From Octopus sinensis (Eukaryota), in the NCBI RefSeq assembly GCF_006345805.1, contig NW_021835076.1, positions 1-43,574 on the forward strand: a DNA stretch of 43,574 nucleotides, read 5' to 3'. A program made the translations under genes and the position numbers. Below, piece by piece: positions 35,384 to 43,574 of this stretch. Numbering within the stretch: the stretch's first letter is position 1; the number at the start of each line of letters is the position of its first letter. The notes under the pieces were generated by a model that had not been told where the DNA came from, did not search any database, and was given only the letters and a program-made list of their open reading frames with translations.

Positions 35384-35882
35384 GGAGGTGCAATGGCCCA
35401 GTGGTTAGGGCAGCGGACTCGCGGTCGTATGATCGCGGTTTCGATTCCCAGACCGGGCATTGTGAGTGTTTATTGAGCTAAAGCTCCTGGAGGCTCCGGC
35501 AGGGGGTGGTGGTGAACCCTGCTGTACTCTTTTACTACAACTTTCTCTCACTCTTTCTTCCTGTTTCTGTTGTGTCTGTATTTCAAAGGGCCAGCCTTGT
35601 CACACTCTGTGTTGCGCTGAATCTCCCCGAGAACTACGTTAAGAGTACACGTGTCTGTGGAGTGCTCAGCCACTTGCACGTTAATAAATGATCTGTGACG
35701 TCACTGGTGCCAAGCTGTATCAGCCTTTGCCTTTCCCTTGGATAATATCGGTGGCGTGGAGAGGGGAGGCTGGTATGCGTGAGTGACTGCTGGTCTTCCA
35801 TAAACAAGCATGCCAAGACTTGTGCCTCGGAGGGTAAATTTCTAGGTACATTCCCATGGTCATTCATGACCGAAGGGGGTCA
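35384..35882 (+). mobile_element. Long SINE-C-type element with TSD
   Basis: tRNA-like head GGTGCAATGGCCCAGTGGTTAGG..GGTTTCGATTCC; flanking direct repeat containing ACCAAGCTCAG on both sides. Confidence 0.85.
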
Positions 35883-36439
35883 CAACAACCAAGCTCAGAA
35901 CAGTACTATGACGCCATTGTATTTCACTGAGCAAACGAAGGTAGCCTCTACGTGGTGGATCGACCTGCTAGAAATAACAACCAAATATCCCTCCTGAAAT
36001 CATACACTACCTAATAAAAAGAAACGTTACATTGGTAACATAGTCCTTGATACACTGTTTGTAATACAGACGGAATGGTCATGCATGGAATACATTTTCA
36101 GTCAAAATCATACCTGGGTAAAAAACAATATCCCTATCGTTCCCACTCAGTACAGGCAATCATAAACAAGCACACAAAAATATCGACGGCATCAGTAACT
36201 TACTGCCATCACTCTTACTAAATGAAACACCTCTACAAATGTCGCCAACAAAGCGGCGGCCGGTTGTGTGTGTGTGTGTGTGTGTGTATGTTAGCGCATA
36301 CGCGCGTGTATTATATTTTTAATATAGTTCTTGATACTTTGGGCATGGACAATAGACGAAATTGTAAGCGCCAGAAAGTCGTTGAATCTAGGTTTGTACA
36401 CATCTGGAAGTGCAGGATTCGTTCCGGCTTTCTGAGTTA

Positions 36440-36444
36440 ATTCT

Positions 36445-36485
<41 letters not shown>

Positions 36486-36602
36486 GCTACCACTACTACT
36501 TCTTCTTCTTCTACTTCTTTTTCTTCTTCGTCTTCTTTTTCTTCTTCGTCTTCTTCTTTTCTTCTTCTTCTTCTTCTTCTTCTTCTTCTTCTTCCTTCAT
36601 CA

Positions 36603-36641
<39 letters not shown>

Positions 36642-36660
36642 CACACACACACATGCATTG
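36440..36660. repeat. Compound (CTA)n(CTT)n(TA)n(CA)n microsatellite
   Basis: Directly visible. Confidence 0.95.
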
Positions 36661-37349
36661 ATGGACACAGGACGTCACTAATGGTGCAAATAACATAAAA
36701 TACGTAAACAACGAAAACAAAATGGAGAACAGGACAAGTTAACACAGAGAAAGGACCCTTCATAAGTTGTCGGTGTCTATCTACTCCTCATTTCGAGCAT
36801 TCAACGCCAATACGAGTCTCTAAAGACAGTTGCTCCCATAAATTCTAAAATAACATTTAGGATTTGTGGAGGGTCAAATTTGGGAACAAAAAATGACAGT
36901 GGAGACGTACAAGGAAACCGGTAGAAAACAAACATGGAAGGTCGTTAGACCAGAATGAGAGGATAATAGTGAACACTGAGGGAAACATTTTTAAAAGAGA
37001 AAAGATAGAAGAGAGAGAGAGAGAAATACGTTCGCTCGTTTAAACGTCCGTGCAGGAAAAGAAAGATGGAGGATGGTCACATGTGAACAATGAGAGAGAG
37101 AGAGAAAAAGAGAAAGCGGGGGAGATAGATAAAAAACGGTGACGGAGGGAGGGGCAGAAAAAGGGAATTATAAAAGGGAAATAGAAAAAGGGAATTAGAT
37201 GGAGGAAGAAAACAGCATAGAGTAGAGAGTGACATCAGAAAGGTGAAGATAAACTTATCTGGAAATGGATGCGTCCTCTTTTTTAAAAATATGTTTCTCC
37301 CAACGTTCACTATTTTTTATAACTCTCCTCTAGCACTCACTAACTTGCC

Positions 37350-38770
37350 TGATAAAAGTGGCGAGAGATTTGTTCTCTGGTATACACCTTCATTCGATTT
37401 AAACGTAAGGTCCTCGCTAAAGCATTCATTAAAATAGTAGACTCTAATTTCTCACGTAACAACAAGTACCATTCTATCTTAACAGATCCACTTTGAAATT
37501 ATCCTGTTCATCTACACCAAATATAGAATCTATTATCATCTCATCTAAGAAACGTAAACTTAGCTCTTACTATCTCAATGCATACAACCCTACCTAGACC
37601 TACACAATGAAAACACTAACACCGATCGCTATAACTTATCTAATGCCTCTGGCCTGACCACTTTAAACAACTTAAACATACATGATATAGTCCCCACCTC
37701 GGAAACTAATGGGCGCGCAGCTGAAACCGACGCAAACACTAATGGGCACACTGATACTTACAATACTAAGTATATTATAACCACTACAACTAATAATACA
37801 TATACTTCAACTACTAATAGGACTGGCAATAACATTAATACTAACACCAACGGCAATATTACCGTTACTGAAAATACTACTACGACTAATACTCCTACCA
37901 CAAACGCAACTACTAATAGCTGCTATAACATCACTACTACTATCTCCTCTACCACCGCTAATAGTAACACTACTACCAATGATACTACTACTTCCACTGC
38001 TGCTGCTACTGCTGCTGCTGCTCCTCCTCCTCCTCCTACTACTACTACTACTACTAGTAGTAGTAGTAGCAGTAGTAGTAGTAGTAGTAGTAGTAGTAAT
38101 AGTAGTAGTAGTAATGATAATAATAATTACAGCAGCGATGTCGATAACGATAATGACGATAATAATAATAACGGTAACGCTGACGTTGATATTGATATTA
38201 GAAACGATAGTAATAATAGCAGTAATACCACGAGCGATTCACCTAATACTACCCTAACCACTACCAGCACTACCTCATCTCTCTCTCCAATAAACCTTCG
38301 TAGAACTGATAACTGCAACTGCAGATCCAGGGCAGACTGCCAGCTGCAAGCCCAATGCAGAAGATTCAACGTTGCATACTAATGCACCGTTCACAACATA
38401 GTAAATAATTCCTATAGCTACTATATTGGATATACCACTATTTTAAATAAAGATATTATGCACATTTAAATTCGTTTAAATATAAAGGGAATAACAATTC
38501 CACACCACTAGCCAGCCACGTACACCATCAAATTAATAGAAAAATACAATATAAACTTTCCTGGGCTATAATAGACTCGGGTATCCCGTATCAGGACCAA
38601 CACTCCATTTGTGGACAATGCTTAAAAGAAGGCCTCAAGATTTTAACCCATAACTCACCACAATTGGTTAATAAACACAACAAAGCCTTCACTGCATGTA
38701 AGCACAAATTCTTCCCTGCTTTAAAATTCTTTCATAAATCTAGATGTAAGTTCATCCCTCACGAATAGCA
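37350..38770 (+). pseudogene. Penelope-like element: thumb region, long low-complexity linker, GIY-YIG endonuclease
   Basis: RFVLWYTPSFDLNV..AKAFIKIVDSNF..NRSTLKLSCSSTPNIESII. Then an open frame 37564-38379 ending CNCRSRADCQLQAQC..NVAY*, then SYYIGY, YKLSWAIID, ICGQCLKE and LVNKH..CKHK. Confidence 0.85.
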
Positions 38771-39204
38771 CCCACATACAAGCCCCTATGATCATTAACA
38801 CATGCTCCTTTATATCTCATCTATCTCTCGTATATCTCTCATATCTACCTCATCTCTTATATCTCTTCTATCTACTTTACCTCATCACTTTATGAGATAA
38901 ATATTAATTAAATAATCTTTAATCTATTTTTAATCCTTAACCCAATAAATCCCCTAATATCTAATTCTAACTCCCACTCATAAATAATTTAACATTCAAC
39001 TAGCTCCTCCATTCTCGACTACCTACACACCCATAACCTCATTGCTAAAAATAACTCTACAGCCACTGAACTTAGCCAGAACGAACACAAGTGTTTAATA
39101 CTAGATTTCCTCCTAAACACTGATGGACTAGAAGACTACCACCGACACTTACTACTCTTCAAATTCCTTTCATTTTGCACTATTTTCTTTGTTTTTTTTA
39201 TATC

Positions 39205-39690
39205 AAGTGTCTATATACGGGGATCCCACACCACGAAGGATTCTTGCCCTCAAGCACTTTCTTGTCCTTCGACCCAACACCCAGCCTGGCACCTCCACAC
39301 TTCTTAGTCTGGCCGAATTTGTTCTCTCCCTCTACTGCTTCTCGTTCGCGGAGGAATTTTACCAATAGTTCTCGGTAGTGGCCATGGGAACGAGAATGGG
39401 TCCCAACTATGCGAACCTGTTCGTTGGCTACATTGAGGCCCAAATATTTTCAAGATTCCCTTGTCCCACTTTCGAATTATGCGGTCGTTATATTGATGAC
39501 TGTATCGGAGCGACCTCACTCTCTCGCGAACAAGTAGACTCCTTCCTCAATTTTTTCCAACCCTCAAATCCTGCCCTCGAATTCTCCTGCACCATTTCCA
39601 ACACTTCCGTGGCTTTTCTCGACATATCGGTCAACATACACTACTTCACTCTCACTACTTCCATCAACTACAAACACACAGACTCACACT
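39205..39690 (+). pseudogene. Penelope-like reverse transcriptase core fragment
   Basis: LYTGIPHHEG..ALKHFL..TSTLLSLAEFVL..AMGTRMGPNYANLFVGYIE..RYIDDCIG..VAFLDISV..YKHTDSHS; stop and frameshift present. Confidence 0.9.
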
Positions 39691-39988
39691 CCCGCACATA
39701 TGTACACACACTCAGGAACATAACTTGCTGTGGTCCAGTCTGGAGAGTGATACACTCTTCAAAGTGTAGATGGCTATGATATGTTCTATTTGACGATACT
39801 GCCCAAGGAAACGTCAACTAAATAACCTCTGACTGAGACTACATAGCTACCAATAACACAAAATGCAACCAAAATTCCCTTTTGGGTCTAGGGTGCTTTT
39901 ATCAGAGCCCAGTCTGTTGCAAGAATTGGAGCCAGTTTAGGTTTGAGAACTTCTATTCTCATTCCTTCTACAATCTCAGCAGCCAGTG

Positions 39989-40083
<95 letters not shown>

Positions 40084-40306
40084 ATATATATATATATATA
40101 TAATATATATATATATTATATATATATATATATATAGGTAAGAAAGTTGGTATGTGAAAGCACGTGGTTGAATATATAGAAAATAGTAAAAAAATTTATA
40201 ACATTCTTCAGACATATTGACTCAAATATATATATTTTAACCTTTTAAAACAAGCCTTCTGTAGTTTTTTTTCACTTTTTACTATTTTCTAGATATATAT
40301 ATTATA

Positions 40307-40357
<51 letters not shown>

Positions 40358-41856
40358 CTATATATATATATATATTAAACTAGGTCTCTTGCCCTTCTTT
40401 CTCCGACTACCATACTATCAACATAATCTCTACATCAAGACCAGCACCAGCGACACTAGGAATAAACTACAAGTGATAAATAAATTTATATTAAAATGCA
40501 TAAAGGATTTAAAAGAATGATAATGTACAGGAATAAATATTGAAGTGTGTGAGTGTACAACTCACACACTTGTATAAAATGCAGATGTCAACAGATGGCA
40601 CATTGCTCAAGGGACGACAGCTCCAGTATTTTGCTTACGGCTGCAGTTACACGGTCTCTCATGTCACCAGATATAATTAAAAACATTTTCAGATTAAAAT
40701 CGCCACAGGAAAATCTTTATTCTATCGTTGTTGGTAAAAATCTGCTTCAACTACAGCTGTTCTAGGTTTCACGAATTTCAATCCATCTCAATTTATGTAG
40801 TTTTGTCAAGGGTAGAAGCTGCATTTAAGAGATTTATAGGTCTCTGAAGACCCATGAAACTGTCGACATCTGCAAGAATAAAACATAACTAGGAATGGAA
40901 TTCGAGAGGGTTGACGCTTTTTTACAGATTGAATTGAGAACTGCAAAAGCACCTATCTAAATAGGCTTTACTCCCTTTAATATATTAATATGTACCTACT
41001 GTTGCTCAGCCCAAGTCAACCCTGTTTCCAGAAACTTAGGATCACTATTATTCCAGCCGTGACTATCCATTTCTTTTTCATTTGAAGCGCATTGTCTCCT
41101 AGCAAGTGGCTATCTAGAGTATCTTCTTTTTGTTACAGGAAAGTTCGGTGTACATTGAAGGAGAATTTGCTGCCCCACCAAACAGGAACTCTTCTTCTGA
41201 GACTACTGAGTTGCGAGAGAGATCCAATACAGCTGCTGATGTAGAGTCTAGGATCAAAATAAACGGAGATAGTTATTCTTATATTGTGACAATTCATACC
41301 CATTAAAAATAGACGTCTCCACGAGGAGCTATGGTGGGGTTAAGGTAGCGGATCTTTGAAATATATTTATCCTGAAACATTATAAATACGCAGGAGCCTC
41401 CATAGCTCCGAATTTTATAGAGATGGAGATGATGGGTTAGTAATCCCATGCACTAGGAATAGTCACATTACGGATAAATACAAAAATCTTTATTAGGATT
41501 ATTTAAGGCGTTTGACTCAAATATAACCATTAGTACTGCCCTAACTTAAAGATAACCAACTTCACAGGCACAATGTTAGATTGGAAGTCTGGCAAATATT
41601 ACTTGTCGAGTAGAGGGGAGAAATATATTTATAATATCAACAATTGGCAGTGTACTCTGAGATTCATTCATGAATATCACAGTCTGGAGCGAATTTCGAG
41701 ATTAACTTTGCGTATCATTCTTCTGGAATCGAGAAAATAAAGTACCTGTCATATACTGTGACCAATTTTATGTTCTTATAAAAAAATCCATATTATCAAT
41801 AGAATTATAATGGAAGAGGGGACTCTTTCTTTTAACAGTACTTCAACACTTTGAAG

Positions 41857-43165
41857 ACGGCAAACTGGCCGAACCGTTAGCACGCTGAGTAAAATGTTTA
41901 GAGGCATTTCGTCTGTCACTGCGTGCTGAGTTCAAATTTTGCCGAAGTCAACTTTACCTTTCAGCGTTTCGGGGTCGATAAAATAAGTACCAGTTGAACA
42001 CTGAGGTCAATGTAATCGAATCGCCGCCGGTTGCCACTTCAAATTTCAATACATTGCCGGGCAGTTGTATTAAAGAAAAAATACTTGCGGTATTTGTCAA
42101 TTCTGAGTTCAAATTCCCAAGACTGCCTTACCTAAAATTACCAAAAGTACCGGAATGTCGATTCACCCCAAAAACGCCAATTTGGCATATTTCAATACAT
42201 CAAGACGGCAAGATGTTAAAATCATTAGAGCACCGGAAAAATGCTTCACGGTATTTCTCCAGATCATTACATTCCAAGTTCAAATTACACAGAGGTCATC
42301 TTTACTTTTCATCCTTTCGAGGTTAATAAAATAAGGTACCAGTAAAGAACTCGGGTTAATGATATGGTCGAACCACCTCCACCCAAAGTTGTTGGTTTTG
42401 TATCTAAATCAGAAATCGTTATTTCAACACTTTGCACAGTGTTTAGCAGTATCTGGAGACGCAGAATATCCGTTCCGGTATTTACAAGCGTCAAATTACG
42501 TTTTGAGTTCGTACCCCGCCGAGGTCAATTTAGCTTTTCATCCATCCGGAGTCTTTTAAATGAGCTCTAGCTCTATAAATATCCTACCGTTCCTTCACGA
42601 ACTTTTTACTCTTGTTTAGACACAAGACTACATATTTTGTGAAGGAACAGCTGGAAATCATTATTTTTCATAACGACTTTCATCCTTCTAGAGTCGATAT
42701 GATATGTATCATTTAAGTACTGGGATCAATTTAAAGGACTGTCCCCTCTCCCAAATTTCTGGTTTTGTGTTAGAAATTATTAGAGCGGTGAATTGGCAGA
42801 ACCGTTAGATTGTCGGATAACTTACTTTGCAGCATTTAGTTACGGCTCTTTATCTTCTGAGTTCAAATTCTACTGAAGTCAAAGCAATAATATTTACCCT
42901 TCTGGGGTTGATAAAGCAAAGTACCGGCATAATACAGGAGTCAATGAAATATATCCGTTCTCTTCTCTCCATAAATATCTGGCATTGCCAGAAAGTACCT
43001 ATGTAAAAAAATTATTATTATTCTGGTTTAATAGAAATTCCGCAGAGATCAACTTTGCCCTTCATCATTTCAGTATCGATAAAATAAGTACTGGGTCGAT
43101 GTTATAGACTAGCCCCACACCTAGAAATTTCAGCTTTGTGCTTATAGTAGAAAGGATTATTAACT
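41857..43165 (+). mobile_element. Cluster of about 6-7 old, head-to-tail SINE-B-family copies
   Basis: Repeated degenerate CTGAGTTCAAATT / CTTTTCATCC / ATAAAATAAGTACC motifs near 41925, 42100, 42275, 42500, 42680, 42860 and 43040, all on the same strand. Confidence 0.7.
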
Positions 43166-43184
43166 GACACTATGTCGGTTACAT

Positions 43185-43437
43185 CGACGAGGGTCCCAGT
43201 TGATACGAAATTAACGTGCAAGTGGTTGAGCACTCCACAGACACACATACCCCTAACGTAGTTCTCAGGGAGAGTCAACGTGATACAGAATGTGACATGG
43301 CTGACCCTTTGAATTAAATGTACAACGCGTTTTTACCAGTTGAATAGACAGGAGCAATGTGAAATAAAGTGTCTTGCTCGTGCCGCCGGGAATCGAACCC
43401 GTGACCTTATGGTCATAAGCTGAATATCCTAACCACT
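43185..43437 (-). mobile_element. SINE-C-type element
   Basis: Head GTGGTTAGG..GGTTCGATTCCCGG, core GAGCAAGACACTTTATTTCACATTGCTCC, body shared with 35585-35685. Confidence 0.8.
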
Positions 43438-43574
43438 TTCCAGAAAGGATTATTACTTTGGTTTAATGGACATAATGAAAGAAAGAGTGTAGAAAATTCC
43501 GGATAAACTATTCAGCGGTATTTAGCTATTTTATTTATAAGTTCAATTCCTATTTTCACCAATATTAGAAAGCA

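Noticed and set aside
40587-40600. CTCF-like TCAACAGATGGCAC motif
   Set aside because: Imperfect single match with no independent support.
41994-42570. ORFs of 61-110 aa in the terminal region
   Set aside because: They lie entirely within degenerate SINE-B copies.
14581-43437. SINE heads (14828, 26855, 28352, 35384, 43437) as tRNA genes
   Set aside because: They have A/B boxes but no closing acceptor stem and continue into SINE bodies.

Overview
AT-rich, microsatellite-saturated animal DNA that is intergenic or deep intronic. The SINE families, TTAGGG-bearing MITE and Penelope/RTE/Helitron/mariner mix resemble an octopus (coleoid cephalopod) genome; this is inference from memory, not a database hit. 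No intact host protein-coding gene is supported, and almost all listed ORFs are microsatellite artefacts. The window is a layered transposon graveyard. DNA elements: mariner halves, a deleted Helitron, a hAT MITE and three copies of an 8-bp-TSD MITE carrying telomere-like repeats. Retroelements: a Gypsy gag remnant, Penelope RT and GIY-YIG remnants, RTE, CR1-like and R4/Dong-like LINE fragments, and three tRNA-derived SINE families (here called A, B, C). The most striking item is a 154-bp insert at 2131-2284 (minus strand) inside a mariner remnant. It consists of an apparent precursor tRNA (Thr body, TGG anticodon, 2-nt leader, trailer, T8) fused to a SINE/LINE-type 3' tail plus poly(A), flanked by 24-bp direct repeats, and looks like a pre-tRNA/retroposon chimera or proto-SINE. 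Other highlights: circularly permuted mariner halves, a five-unit SINE array inside a Gag zinc knuckle, fixed-register SINE multimers, a local SINE 3'-transduction-like copy, and a Penelope remnant with a long in-frame Thr/Asn/Ser linker.
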